The notes below the pieces were generated by a model. That model searched no databases. It saw nothing but the letters and a program-made list of their open reading frames with translations, and was not told the DNA's origin. Position numbers and translations under genes: made by a program. DNA of 64,000 nucleotides, from assembly GCA_036007245.1 (NCBI GenBank), contig DASYOY010000059.1, positions 221 through 64,220 on the forward strand, in the 5' to 3' direction. The DNA comes from Actinomycetota bacterium. Lineage in GTDB: Bacteria > Actinomycetota > UBA4738 > HRBIN12. Below are positions 9,380-19,426 of this stretch, in pieces (the stretch's first letter is position 1; every line of letters starts with the position of its first letter).

Positions 9380-9739
9380 TTACATCGGTGAGACGAGCTG
9401 GAAGTAATTGCCGTCCGGGTCGGCGAAAGTCGCGATGCTCACGTCGCCCTCGCCGTCGCCGCCGGGGTTGTACGGCTCCTGCACAACCTTGGCGCCGGCA
9501 GCCTTGAACCGTTCGTAGTCCCCGCGCACGTCCGCGCTCTCGATGTTCCAGATGATCCGACCAGGTTGCTCGTTGTCGCCCTTGACCTGGTCGTGCGGTC
9601 CGACCGTGAAGCCGCCGTTGCCGAGCTGCCAGCCGGTGTAGCCGGACTCATCCCAGGTCGGGTCTCCGAACAGCTTCTTGTAGTAGCCGACCAGGCGAGC
9701 GGGCTCCTCCGAGCCGATCAAGATGCCGTTGAAGTTCAT
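9380..9739 (-). CDS. VOC family (glyoxalase/bleomycin-resistance-like) protein
   Basis: It is 120 aa starting at MNFNGILIG and has a VOC fold-like sequence. The track ORF is over-extended upstream. Confidence 0.7.
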   Translation of the reverse strand: MNFNGILIGSEEPARLVGYYKKLFGDPTWDESGYTGWQLGNGGFTVGPHDQVKGDNEQPGRIIWNIESADVRGDYERFKAAGAKVVQEPYNPGGDGEGDVSIATFADPDGNYFQLVSPM

Positions 9740-9767
9740 CGCGATCTCCTCCTTGCGTTCGCATCGT

Positions 9768-10811
9768 TCAGCGTCTGCGTGACTCGGGCTCGAACCACCA
9801 GGGGTCGAACCCGCGGTCCTCTTCGTCCACGATCGTGCCGGGCGGCACGAGGTCGTCGATCGCGTCGAGCGTGCCGGCGTCGAGCCTGATGTCCGCCGCA
9901 CCGAGCAGGTCATCGAGCTGTTCGCGCGTGCGCGGCCCGATGATCGTCGACGTGACGGCCGGGTGCGCAAGCGTGAAGGCGATCGCCATGTGGGTCATCG
10001 GTACGCCGGCCTTATCCGCGATGGTCATGAGCTGCTCGACCAGGTCGAGCTTGTGCTGCACCTCGGGGCGGGATCTGTCGTACATCGGTCGCATCCACTC
10101 TGCCCGCTGCGGGCCGCGGGTCGCTCGCGCGTCGGGCGAATCGTCCCAATCGTCGCGTCGGTACCGGCCAGTCAGCCAGCCGCGACAGAGCGGGCTCCAG
10201 ACGAGCACACCCATGCCGTACTTCTCGGCCACCGGCAACACGTCGTGCTCGATCTGCCGCACGAAGATCGAGTAGGGCGGCTGCTCGGTGCGGAACCGCG
10301 AGAGCCCGCGCCGCTCCGCCGTCCACTGCGCCTCGACCATCTGCCAACCCGGGTACGTCGACGAGCCGAAGTATCGGATCTTGCCCTGGCGCTGCAGATC
10401 GGTCAGCGCACCGAGCGTCTCCTCGACGTCGGTGTCCCCGTCGGGACGGTGGATCTGATACAGGTCGATGTGATCGGTGCGGAGTCGCTTGAGGCTGTTC
10501 TCCACTTCCTTGGCGATCCAGACGCGTGAATTGCCCGCGTCGTTGTGGCCCGGGCCCATCTGGCCGTGGACCTTGGTCGCGAGGATCACCTCGTCGCGCC
10601 GGCCCTTCAGCGCCTTGCCGACGATCTCCTCCGACTCCCCCGCGGAATACACGTCGGCCGTGTCGACGAAGTTGATGCCACCGTCGATCGCCGCCCGGAT
10701 CGTGCCGACGCAGTCGTCGACGTCTCTGTTGCCCCACTCACCGAACATCATCGTTCCGAGGCAATGCGTGCTGACCTTGAGGCCGGTCCCGCCGAGCGTT
10801 CTGTACTCCAT
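9768..10811 (-). CDS. aldo/keto reductase
   Basis: AKR motifs are present: FVDTADVY, GESEEIVGKAL and the catalytic tetrad context. Confidence 0.9.
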   Translation of the reverse strand: MEYRTLGGTGLKVSTHCLGTMMFGEWGNRDVDDCVGTIRAAIDGGINFVDTADVYSAGESEEIVGKALKGRRDEVILATKVHGQMGPGHNDAGNSRVWIAKEVENSLKRLRTDHIDLYQIHRPDGDTDVEETLGALTDLQRQGKIRYFGSSTYPGWQMVEAQWTAERRGLSRFRTEQPPYSIFVRQIEHDVLPVAEKYGMGVLVWSPLCRGWLTGRYRRDDWDDSPDARATRGPQRAEWMRPMYDRSRPEVQHKLDLVEQLMTIADKAGVPMTHMAIAFTLAHPAVTSTIIGPRTREQLDDLLGAADIRLDAGTLDAIDDLVPPGTIVDEEDRGFDPWWFEPESRRR

Positions 10812-10914
10812 CGTTCGAACGTATCACCGCAAGCGGATACACCCGGCGCCCGGATTCGTGCGAACGAACCTCGCGGACTACAGTCTGCCCATCCGAGCCG
10901 GAAGAGGGAGCGGT

Positions 10915-11079
10915 TTGAAGATCAACAAAGACACGCTGATGGGCGCGGTCCTCATCGCGGCAGGGATCGTCACGTACCTGTACACGAGGAAGCCGTCGGT
11001 CACGCGACGGATGCTGACGCTCATCGGCGCGGTCGCGTCTGTCATCATCGGCGCCCTGCTCTTCTTCCACGTCGCATAA
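10915..11079 (+). CDS. small hydrophobic membrane protein (46-54 aa)
   Basis: A GAAGAGGGAG sequence lies upstream of a TTG/ATG (10939) start. The product has two predicted TM helices. Confidence 0.3.
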   Translation: MKINKDTLMGAVLIAAGIVTYLYTRKPSVTRRMLTLIGAVASVIIGALLFFHVA

Positions 11080-11091
11080 GCCCGCGGTCCG

Positions 11092-11484
11092 ATGGTGGCA
11101 ACACTCGAAGACGCCGCTCGGATCGCACTCGCCCTTCCAGAGGTGACCGAGGGCGAGCGCCACGGCCACCGCACGTGGTCCGTCGCCGGGAAGGGCTTCG
11201 CCTGGGAGCGTCCGTACACGAAGGCCGATCTCAAGCGGTTCGGCGATGAGACACCGCCGCGTCAGCCGGTTGTCGCAGTGCGGACCGACGACATGATCGA
11301 GAAGGCGGCTGTGCTCCAGGCCGGCATCAAGGGCGTCTTCGACATGGCACATTTCAACGGGTACCCGGCCGTCCTGGTCGAGCTGCGGCTTGTGGGCAAA
11401 CGCCCGCTGAAGGAGCTGCTCGTCGATGGCTGGCTGGCCTGCGCGCCACCGGCTCTCGCCGAGGAGTACCTGCACGAACGATGA
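11092..11484 (+). CDS. MmcQ/YjbR family DNA-binding protein
   Basis: The ~130 aa sequence looks YjbR-like. It overlaps dinB by 4 nt. Confidence 0.65.
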   Translation: MVATLEDAARIALALPEVTEGERHGHRTWSVAGKGFAWERPYTKADLKRFGDETPPRQPVVAVRTDDMIEKAAVLQAGIKGVFDMAHFNGYPAVLVELRLVGKRPLKELLVDGWLACAPPALAEEYLHER

Positions 11485-12704
11485 GTGTCGGTGGCCGGTG
11501 CGAGCATCGGCCGGTGGGCGCGGAAGCCACGATCCTGCACGCGGACGCCGACTCCTTCTACGCGTCCGTCGAGCAGCGCGACGATCCCTCGCTCCGCGGC
11601 AAACCGGTGATCGTGGGTGGCGGCGTCGTGCTCGCCGCGAGCTACGAAGCCAAGGCGTTCGGCGTCTACACCCCGATGGGCGAGATCCAGGCGCGGCGCC
11701 TGTGCCCGCAGGCGATCGTCGTCCGCCCGCGGATGGAGGCCTATAGCGAAGCGAGCGACGCGATGTTCGAGGTGTTCCGCGACACGACGCCGCTGGTCGA
11801 GGGTCTGTCCATCGACGAGGCGTTCCTCGATGTCGGCGGGCTCAAGCGCATCTCCGGTACGCCGACCGAGATCGCGGTCCGCCTCCGAACCCAGGTGCGC
11901 GAGCGCGTCGGCATCCCGGTGACGGTCGGCGTCGCGCGCACGAAGTTCCTCGCGAAGGTCGCCAGCGGCGTCGCCAAGCCCGACGGCCTCCTCGTCGTGC
12001 CGGTCGACGACGAGCTCGGGTTCCTGCATCCCCTTCCGGTCGAACGCCTCTGGGGCGTCGGCAAGGTCACCGCGAAGAAGCTGCGCGAACGGTCGCTCAC
12101 AACGGTCGCCGACGTCGCGCAGCTGGACGAAGACGCGCTGATCGCGATCCTCGGCCGCGCCTCGGGCCGGCATCTGCACGCGCTCGCACACAACCGCGAC
12201 CCGCGGCCGGTCGAGGTCGGGAAGCGTCGCCACTCGATCGGCACGCAGCGGGCCCTCGGCCGGCGCGCACGCTCCCCGGACCAGCTCGACGTCGACCTCA
12301 TCGCGCTGGTCGACCGGCTCGCGCGCCGCCTCCGCAAGGCGCACCGCGTCACCCGAACCGTGACACTGCGCCTACGCTTCGACGATCTCACCCGCGCGAC
12401 GCGGTCGCACACGCTGCACGAGTCAACGACAGACACGGTGATGTTGCTCACGGCGGGCCGCACGTTGCTCCGTGACGCGCTCCCGATGATCGAGGAGCGC
12501 GGCATCACGCTGATCGGCGTCACCTTCAGCAACCTCTCGAACGACGACGCGATCCAGCTCGCGCTCCCGTTCGGGAAGGTGCCCGCCGCGGCGATGGACA
12601 CCACCCTGGACAACGTCCGCGAGCGCTTCGGGTCGAAGTCGCTCACCCGCGGGGTCCTGCTGGGTCGGCGCGACGGCCTCCAGGTCCCGCTGCTCCCCGA
12701 CTGA
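11481..12704 (+). CDS. dinB: DNA polymerase IV (Y-family)
   Basis: It has the [14 protein letters not shown] motif and palm/fingers/little-finger organisation. Confidence 0.9.
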   Translation: MSVGGRCEHRPVGAEATILHADADSFYASVEQRDDPSLRGKPVIVGGGVVLAASYEAKAFGVYTPMGEIQARRLCPQAIVVRPRMEAYSEASDAMFEVFRDTTPLVEGLSIDEAFLDVGGLKRISGTPTEIAVRLRTQVRERVGIPVTVGVARTKFLAKVASGVAKPDGLLVVPVDDELGFLHPLPVERLWGVGKVTAKKLRERSLTTVADVAQLDEDALIAILGRASGRHLHALAHNRDPRPVEVGKRRHSIGTQRALGRRARSPDQLDVDLIALVDRLARRLRKAHRVTRTVTLRLRFDDLTRATRSHTLHESTTDTVMLLTAGRTLLRDALPMIEERGITLIGVTFSNLSNDDAIQLALPFGKVPAAAMDTTLDNVRERFGSKSLTRGVLLGRRDGLQVPLLPD

Positions 12705-12835
12705 GCCGGCCGTTGCGCTTGTGCTCCAAGCCCTCAAGGAGGGTTGCGCGTGGCTGTTCGTGAACATCCAGGTTCCGGGGATCACGTGCGCGATCACCTG
12801 GGATTGGAGCAGCCTGGGTCTGTAGCTGAACGGCC

Positions 12836-13432
12836 TCAGGCCCGAGTGATCGTCGCGAGCCAGGCTCTCGCGCTGCGATCTTGCCAGTTCGTCTCGATCA
12901 CCGAGGCCTCGATCGAGTCGACGCGCCATCCGTCGGCGAACGACGCTCGGATCTCGTCCTGCGAGACGCGGCGTGGTCCCGCCGCGCCGGGCTGCTGATC
13001 GCTGAAGCACAACATGAAGTACCGGCCGCCCGCGGGGATCACCGCGGCCAGGCTCTCGACGTACACCGGTCGATCGTCGTCGTCGAAGACGTGGAACACA
13101 CCGCAGTCGAGCACGGTGTCCCACTGCTCGCCGAAGGCCGCGAGATCGAGCACGTCGCCGACGACGAACCGAACATCGATCCCGCGCTCGCGCGCCTTCT
13201 CGTTCGCCTTCTCGATCGCGAGCGGCGCACCGTCGATCCCCGTCGTGTCGAACCCGAGCGACGCCGCGAGCAACGCGTGCTCACCGGTTCCGCATCCCGA
13301 GTCGAGCACGCGACCGCGCAACGCGCCGTCTTCTGCAAGCGCACGGAACCCAGGTTGCGGACGGCCGATGTCCCACGGCGGCGCATCGCGATACGCATCG
13401 TTGAAACCGCTTGCGCGCCCACTCACATCCAC
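12836..13432 (-). CDS. class I SAM-dependent methyltransferase
   Basis: SAM motif I VLDSGCGTGEH is followed by motif II/III spacing. Confidence 0.8.
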   Translation of the reverse strand: MDVSGRASGFNDAYRDAPPWDIGRPQPGFRALAEDGALRGRVLDSGCGTGEHALLAASLGFDTTGIDGAPLAIEKANEKARERGIDVRFVVGDVLDLAAFGEQWDTVLDCGVFHVFDDDDRPVYVESLAAVIPAGGRYFMLCFSDQQPGAAGPRRVSQDEIRASFADGWRVDSIEASVIETNWQDRSARAWLATITRA

Positions 13433-13459
13433 GGAACGAGCGTACCGACCTCCGTCGCG

Positions 13460-13491
13460 AAGAGTGACACAACGTCGCTCTTGTCACTCTT
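13460..13491. promoter_or_regulatory. 10-bp perfect inverted repeat AAGAGTGACA-N12-TGTCACTCTT, ~28 nt upstream of the methyltransferase start
   Basis: I read the repeat directly from the sequence. It is a candidate operator or 5'-UTR hairpin. Confidence 0.3.
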
Positions 13492-13909
13492 TCTGCTGTC
13501 GAACAACGCGCAGGTCAACGTACATATGCGCAGGTCAGAGGCGTTTGCAGACCTCGTGTGCGTCCCCTATCGTTCGCGTCGGTCCCAGGCGGCCGAACAG
13601 ATCGAAGCAGGGAACCGAGCAGGGCTGATGCCGTAAGGCGACTCGGAGTACTTGTGAGTACGGGTGGGAAAGCGAACTGCCTGTGCTTGCGGGGTATCTG
13701 GGGATCCCCAAAGCGGAGGTACCGCGAGGAAACCAAGCCGGTCGTGAAGTTGCCTGGGACCACTTTCATCCCCTGGTCCCGGTTCATGCGCCTCACGGCG
13801 TGCGACTGGGGCCTGAGGGATGAAGAGATCAGGCCGAGGAGCCGAGCGAGGAGACTCACCCGCAAGGGCGAGTTTCGCAAGGTTCCTCGGCCCGATCTGT
13901 CTGGTCCAG

Positions 13910-14359
13910 TTACGCGCCAGCTTCCGCCTTCTGTTTCAGCATCGATAAGCCTTTGCGCATCGCGCCGTTGACGTAGATCGCGAAGATCGCGGAACGCGAG
14001 GCCGACTTGATGCCCGTGAGGGGCGGCCAGAACACCGTCTTGGTCACCGTGGTGCCCGAGCCCGACGGCGCGAGTTCGTATCGGTTGGTCCATTCCTCTT
14101 TGTCGTCGTGCGTCGTGACCTCGAAGGTCTTCATCGGCTCGTTGGCCTTGACCACGCCCTTCATCACGTGCTCGTTGTCCTGCGGGAGCCAGCCGATCGA
14201 CCGGAACGTGCTTCCAACGGCGTTCGGCGTTCCCGACTGCCACTCCACGCGATACGGCTTGGGCGACCACTCGCCCTGACGGCCGAGGTCCGCGACGAGC
14301 GGCCATACCTTCTCCGGCGGAGCGTCGATACTGACTGTGTAGACCGGTGGGTTCGCCAT
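13910..14359 (-). CDS. SRPBCC family protein (polyketide cyclase/dehydrase-like)
   Basis: The 149 aa starting at MANPPVYTV have an SRPBCC-like sequence (EKVWPLVADLGRQGEW). Confidence 0.7.
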   Translation of the reverse strand: MANPPVYTVSIDAPPEKVWPLVADLGRQGEWSPKPYRVEWQSGTPNAVGSTFRSIGWLPQDNEHVMKGVVKANEPMKTFEVTTHDDKEEWTNRYELAPSGSGTTVTKTVFWPPLTGIKSASRSAIFAIYVNGAMRKGLSMLKQKAEAGA

Positions 14360-14532
14360 GGATCCCTCCCATCGAAAAGGCCAGGTCGGACCGTACGCGC
14401 GGGTGTGCCGCCGGTCAATGAGATGCGTTCCAACACACCTCGAACTGTTTCCACAGGGAACTCCCAGGCGTGACTGCGAGCCTCGGGGGAACGCCAACCG
14501 AATGACTGGTGTTGAACGACCGAGGAGCCGAT

Positions 14533-15804
14533 GACGTGTCAGACCTGATGAACCCTCCGCCCGACGAGACGCAGAACCGCTGGCCCGGTGCCCTCCATGG
14601 GATGCCCGCGCCTCCCGGCTGGGGAACACCCGGCCACGGCGAGGGCCAGGGCACGCAATGGACCCAGCCGACCCCACCCTCCCCGGTCGGCTGGGCCCCC
14701 CGGCCCGACCAGCCCGCCCCGAAGAAGCCCTCCAAGTGGGTACCCCTCGTGGTGGCGCTCGCGCTCGTCGGCACGCTCGTCGTCGGCGCCGTCACCGCGA
14801 TCTCGATGTCGAACGGCTCGACCGGCAGCAGCGGTGGCGGCACGCCCGGCGTCGCGGCCCAGACCGGCATCGTCGATGTCACGACGTTCGGCAAGCAGAT
14901 CGGCGCGCCGACGAGCCAGCTCGAGCCGATGGGCGCCGGGACCGGGATGGTGCTGACGTCCAACGGTGAGGTGCTGACCAACAACCACGTGGTCAAGGGC
15001 GCATGGAAGATCCAGGTGCGCGTGCCCGGCGGCTCGTCCTACACGGCGACGGTGGTCGGGGTCGATCCGGCGCACGACGTCGCGCTGATCCAACTGCAGA
15101 ACGCGTCGGGCATGGCGACGATCAGCCCCGGCGACTCGAGCTCCGTGTCGGTCGGCCAGAACGTGTCGGGGATCGGCAACGCGCTCGGCCGTGGCGGCAG
15201 CCCGACGGTGGCAACCGGCGACGTGACGGGTCTCAACCGGACGATCACCGCGAACGACCCCGACGGAACCTCCGAGCGGCTCACCGGCATGATCCAGACC
15301 AACGCGCACATCCAGCCCGGCGACTCGGGCGGCGCGCTCGTCAACAGCAACGGCCAGGTGATCGGCATGATCACGGCCGGCACCGACACGCAGACGACCT
15401 CGGCGACACAGCAGAGCGTTGGGTTCGCCATCCCGATCACGACGGCGCTCGACGTGGTCAACCAGATCCAAGCCGGTGGCGGCGGCACCGTCCTGATGGG
15501 CGAGCGTGGCTACCTCGGTGTGGGCGTTGTGCCCATCGATCACGACCCAACAGCAGCGGCGCAGCTCGGCGTGCAGTCGGGCGCGCTGGTGACCCAGCTC
15601 GAGCCGAACGGGCCGGCGGCGCAGGCCGGGATGCAGGTCCCCGCGATGATCACCGCGGTGGACGGCCACGCCGTCACCTCGCCGACCACCCTCGGGCCGC
15701 TCCTGCACGTGCACGTGCCGGGCGAGAGCGCCCAGGTCACCTGGGTGGACGCGACTGGCCAGCACACCGCGACGGTTCAGCTGATCTCTGGGCCCGCCGT
15801 CTAG
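14533..15804 (+). CDS. trypsin-like serine protease (HtrA/S1C family) with an N-terminal membrane anchor and a C-terminal PDZ-like region
   Basis: The catalytic triad context is present: TNNHVV (His), DVALIQL (Asp) and GDSGGAL (Ser). A GAGGAG sits 8 nt before the GTG start. Confidence 0.8.
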   Translation, partial: DVSDLMNPPPDETQNRWPGALHGMPAPPGWGTPGHGEGQGTQWTQPTPPSPVGWAPRPDQPAPKKPSKWVPLVVALALVGTLVVGAVTAISMSNGSTGSSGGGTPGVAAQTGIVDVTTFGKQIGAPTSQLEPMGAGTGMVLTSNGEVLTNNHVVKGAWKIQVRVPGGSSYTATVVGVDPAHDVALIQLQNASGMATISPGDSSSVSVGQNVSGIGNALGRGGSPTVATGDVTGLNRTITANDPDGTSERLTGMIQTNAHIQPGDSGGALVNSNGQVIGMITAGTDTQTTSATQQSVGFAIPITTALDVVNQIQAGGGGTVLMGERGYLGVGVVPIDHDPTAAAQLGVQSGALVTQLEPNGPAAQAGMQVPAMITAVDGHAVTSPTTLGPLLHVHVPGESAQVTWVDATGQHTATVQLISGPAV

Positions 15805-15849
15805 CGCGCCCGCCCCGCAGGCATCAGATGCTCAGCCGCCCCTCGCACA

Positions 15850-15865
15850 CGTCAACACGTTGACG
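15850..15865. promoter_or_regulatory. palindromic operator-like site CGTCAAC-AC-GTTGACG
   Basis: It is a 7-bp inverted repeat with a 2-nt spacer, the first of two near-identical copies in a 400-bp intergenic region. Confidence 0.4.
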
Positions 15866-15924
15866 CAAGCGGGGGGCGGCTTGGTCGCGCGGAAACCTGT
15901 CAACGCAGCGACGTTTCAAGTCTT

Positions 15925-15936
15925 GCAACATGTTGC
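15925..15936. promoter_or_regulatory. perfect 12-bp palindrome GCAACATGTTGC
   Basis: It lies in the same intergenic region, between the two GTCAAC/GTTGAC sites. Confidence 0.3.
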
Positions 15937-16034
15937 CAGGCCGGCTGACGGATCAAGGCAGTGGAGATCCGGCGGCATGTGAGGACCTTCGGAAGCACCC
16001 CTCAGGACCTGTCAAGGAGTTGCAGGAGTTCAGC

Positions 16035-16050
16035 CGTCAACCCGTTGACG
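16035..16050. promoter_or_regulatory. palindromic operator-like site CGTCAAC-CC-GTTGACG (second copy)
   Basis: It matches the site at 15850 at 15 of the 17 positions of the extended motif GTCAACNNGTTGACGCA. Confidence 0.4.
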
Positions 16051-16206
16051 CATATCTGCGTGGCGGTGTCACCCCTCGATGCTGCGACAGGCAACACTCA
16101 CGTGCGCGCGAGGCCCGGGCGTCCCGCCCGAAGGCCGCGCGATACCTCCCCGGTGGCGCCTCCCGCTAGCATCGCGGCACTTTCCACCTGAACAGGAGGT
16201 CGCCGC

Positions 16207-17353
16207 CGTGCCGCAGCCGTCCAGCACCACCCTCAACTTCGGACCCTGGTACCGCCGTTCGCCGTTCTTCGACGCGACGCTTCGGGCCGGATGCTCCGCC
16301 TACGACGTCTATCAGCACATGTACCACCCGAACACGTACGGCGATCCCCTCGATGAGTACTGGTCACTGATCAACGACGTCACGCTCTGGGATGTCAGCG
16401 TCGAGCGCATCGTCGAGATCACCGGCCCCGACGCGACGGACTTCACCAACCTGCTGACCTGCCGCGACCTCACGAAGTGCGCGGTCAAACAGGGCAAGTA
16501 CATGCTCGTCACCGCGCAGAACGGCGGTATCGTCAACGACCCGGTCCTGCTGCGTGTCGAGGAGAACCGGTGGTGGCTCGCGCTCGCCGACTCCGACGCA
16601 GGCCTGTACGCGATGGGCGTCGCGGTGAACTCGGGTATGGACGTCCACGTCGGCCATCCGGACGTCTACCCGGTCCAGGTGCAGGGCCCGAAGGCGAAGG
16701 ACGTCATGCGCGACCTGTTCGGCGAGTGGGTCCTCGACATGAAGTACTACTGGTGCGACGAAGCCGAGCTCGACGGAATCCCCGTCGTGATCAGCCGCAC
16801 CGGATGGACCGCCGTCGTCGGCTACGAGATCTACCTGCGCGACCCGAGCCGCGGGGACGACCTCTGGGAGCGCATCCTCGACGCCGGCAAGCCGTACAAC
16901 ATCCGTGTGACACCCTCATCCGACCCGCGCCGGATCGAGGCAGGCATCTTCGACTGGGGCTCCGACTTCGGTCTGGAGACCAACCCGTTCGAGGTCACCG
17001 GGCTCGAGCGGCTGGTCGAGCAACAGGACGCCGACTACGTCGGCAAGGACGCGCTGGAGCGGATCCGCCGCGAGGGTGTCTCGCGCAAGCTCGTCGGGAT
17101 CGAGATCGACGGCCCGCAGGTCGAGCAGCCCACGCGGCATTGGCCTGCGTTCTCCGGGGGCGAGCAGATCGGGCACGTCACCGACGCCACCTACTCCCCC
17201 CGCCTCGAGAAGAACATCGGGTACGTCTGGGTGCCGATCGGCCTCGCCGAGCCGGGCAATCGCCTCGACATCGACGCGGACGACGGCGAGCGCACCGGCA
17301 CGACCGCATCCATCCCGTTCATCGACCCACAGAAGAAGGTGCCCGCGGCCTAA
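16207..17353 (+). CDS. GcvT-family aminomethyltransferase (DmdA-like THF-dependent demethylase), paralog 1
   Basis: The conserved N-terminus FGPWYRRSPFFDAT and the blocks VWDVS.ER, GPDA, LTCRDL and NDPVLLR align with the DmdA/GcvT fold. An AGGAGG precedes the GTG start. Confidence 0.85.
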
Positions 17354-17419
17354 GAGCCGAAAGGGGCCCGGAGGCGCTGGATAAAGGACCCGCTGACCTG
17401 GGGCGATACCTCCTAGGTC

Positions 17420-19414
17420 ATGGGACGCCTCCGGGTTCCCCGCCCCGGGTTCGTGGGCACGTTCGCCCTGCTCAGCGCGGCTGCCGTCGCGCTGCTCGGG
17501 CTCGCCCTGGCCCAGGTCGAGACCTCCCATGAGCGGTCCACCGCTCAGAGCGACGCCGCGGCGTCCGCCCAGCTCCTGGTCCAGGTCGGACTCCAGCCGC
17601 ACATCCAGGCCTCGGACATGGACACGGGCCTCCGCGACCACACGATCCAGGAGCTCGACAGCGCCTTCCAGGCGGGGCTCGCCGACGGGCAGCTCGTGCG
17701 GATCAAGCTGTGGTCGCCCAGCGGCGAGGTCCTCTATTCGGATCAGCACGAGCTGATCGGGCAGTCGTTCCCCGTGGGGGACGACCTGCAGGAGGCGCTC
17801 GACGGTGAGCTAAGCGCCGACGTCAGCCACGTCGACAAGGCGGAGAACGTCGACGAGCGGCAATTCGGGGAGCTGCTCGAGGTCTACGTGCCCGTGCAGT
17901 TCGGTACCGAGCACGTCGGGGCGTTCGAGATCTACGTGCCGTGGACGCCGATCGCGAGCCAGATCCAGGCGAACACGCGGCGGTTGCTGCTCGTGCTCGT
18001 CGGCGGCTTGGTCCTGTTGTGGGCCGTGCTGTTCCGGATCGTGGTCGGCGCCTCGCGTCGTATCCGACGCGACCGTGACGAGCTTGCCCGGCGCGCCGAC
18101 GAGAACCAGCGACTCGCGATGTTCGATCACCTCACCGGACTGCCGAACCGCCTGCTGTTCTTCGATCGCGTCTCGCAGACGATCGCGGCATCTGCGCGGG
18201 AAGGAACCGGCGTCGCGGTCCTGCTTCTCGACCTGCACCATTTCAAGGATGTGAACGACACGCTCGGTCATGAGCGCGGCGACGAGCTCTTGCGCCAGGT
18301 CGGGCCACGCTTGGAGGGCGTCTTGCGCGCGAGCGACACCGTCGCGCGGCTCGGCGGCGACGAGTTCGGCATCGCGCTCGCGGGCCTCGCGACGCCGGCC
18401 GAAGCCGAGGACGTCGCCCGCAAGCTCACCGACGCGCTGGAGGCGCCGTTCCAACTCGACGGGATCGACATCGCGCTCGGCGGCAGCATCGGGATCGCCG
18501 CGTACCCCGATCACGGGGACCAGCCCGATCAGTTGTTGCGGCGCGCCGAGGTCGCGATGTACGTCGCGAAGGCGGCGCGCGCTCCGTTCGAGCTGTACGC
18601 GCCCGCACAGGACACCTACTCGACCGACCGGCTCGCGCTGGTCGCCGATCTTCGTAAGGCGATCGACGAGGGAGCGCTGACCGTCGCCTATCAGCCAATG
18701 ATCGACCTCTCGCGCGGCGCGATCGTGGGGGTCGAGGCGCTGCTGCGCTGGACCCACCCGACGCAAGGTCCCATCGGTCCCGACACGTTCATCCCGCTCG
18801 CCGAGCACAGCGGCCTGATCGGTCGGATCACCACGTTCGTGCTCGAGGCCGCCACGAGCCAGGCACGCGCCTGGCAAGACGCCGGCCTCGAGCTGACGGT
18901 GTCGGTCAACCTCTCGGTCCGTGACCTCCAGCATCCGGGGCTCGCCGCAACGGTCGCCGAGACGCTCCGCGCGAACGGCCTGTCGCCGAGGCGCATCCGC
19001 CTCGAGATCACCGAGGGCTCGGTGATGGATCAGCCGGACCGCGCGCTCGCGACGCTCAAAGAGCTGGCGGCCGTCGGCGTCAGTCTGTCGGTCGACGACT
19101 TCGGCACCGGCTACTCGTCGCTCGCGTATCTCCAGCGGCTCCCGGTCGACGAGCTCAAGATCGATCGCTCGTTCGTGTTGGGACTCGCCGGGAGTTCATC
19201 CGACGGCGAAATAGTCCGCTCAACGGTCGGGCTCGGGCACAACCTCGGGCTGTCGATCGTCGCCGAAGGTGTCGAGGACGAGTCCTCGCTCGCATTCCTC
19301 CGAGAGGTCGGCTGCGACATCGCGCAGGGGTTCTTCATCGCCAAGCCGATGCCCCCCGAGTCGATCGCCGACTGGGCCACGACGTCGAGCTGGCGGATCC
19401 CGGTCGAGGCCTGA
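17420..19414 (+). CDS. GGDEF-EAL domain protein (diguanylate cyclase/phosphodiesterase) with an N-terminal TM/periplasmic sensor region
   Basis: A GGDEF motif is present (RLGGDEFGI). The EAL motif EALLRW and the downstream EAL signature DDFGTGYSSL are present. Confidence 0.9.
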   Translation: MGRLRVPRPGFVGTFALLSAAAVALLGLALAQVETSHERSTAQSDAAASAQLLVQVGLQPHIQASDMDTGLRDHTIQELDSAFQAGLADGQLVRIKLWSPSGEVLYSDQHELIGQSFPVGDDLQEALDGELSADVSHVDKAENVDERQFGELLEVYVPVQFGTEHVGAFEIYVPWTPIASQIQANTRRLLLVLVGGLVLLWAVLFRIVVGASRRIRRDRDELARRADENQRLAMFDHLTGLPNRLLFFDRVSQTIAASAREGTGVAVLLLDLHHFKDVNDTLGHERGDELLRQVGPRLEGVLRASDTVARLGGDEFGIALAGLATPAEAEDVARKLTDALEAPFQLDGIDIALGGSIGIAAYPDHGDQPDQLLRRAEVAMYVAKAARAPFELYAPAQDTYSTDRLALVADLRKAIDEGALTVAYQPMIDLSRGAIVGVEALLRWTHPTQGPIGPDTFIPLAEHSGLIGRITTFVLEAATSQARAWQDAGLELTVSVNLSVRDLQHPGLAATVAETLRANGLSPRRIRLEITEGSVMDQPDRALATLKELAAVGVSLSVDDFGTGYSSLAYLQRLPVDELKIDRSFVLGLAGSSSDGEIVRSTVGLGHNLGLSIVAEGVEDESSLAFLREVGCDIAQGFFIAKPMPPESIADWATTSSWRIPVEA

Positions 19415-19426
19415 GCGCGCCAGCCG

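Noticed and set aside
13558-13971. A 137-aa ORF inside the long low-GC intergenic region.
   Set aside because: Its composition (Arg/Ser/Pro-rich, no hydrophobic core) and lack of GC3 bias argue against a coding gene. The region is treated as non-coding.
15859-15870. The 12-mer TTGACGCAAGCG is shared between the 15.86-kb site and the ACT-gene upstream region (about 23240).
   Set aside because: About one chance 12-mer match is expected among the ~5 kb of intergenic sequence in this window. No second shared element or dyad is present at the 23.2-kb copy.
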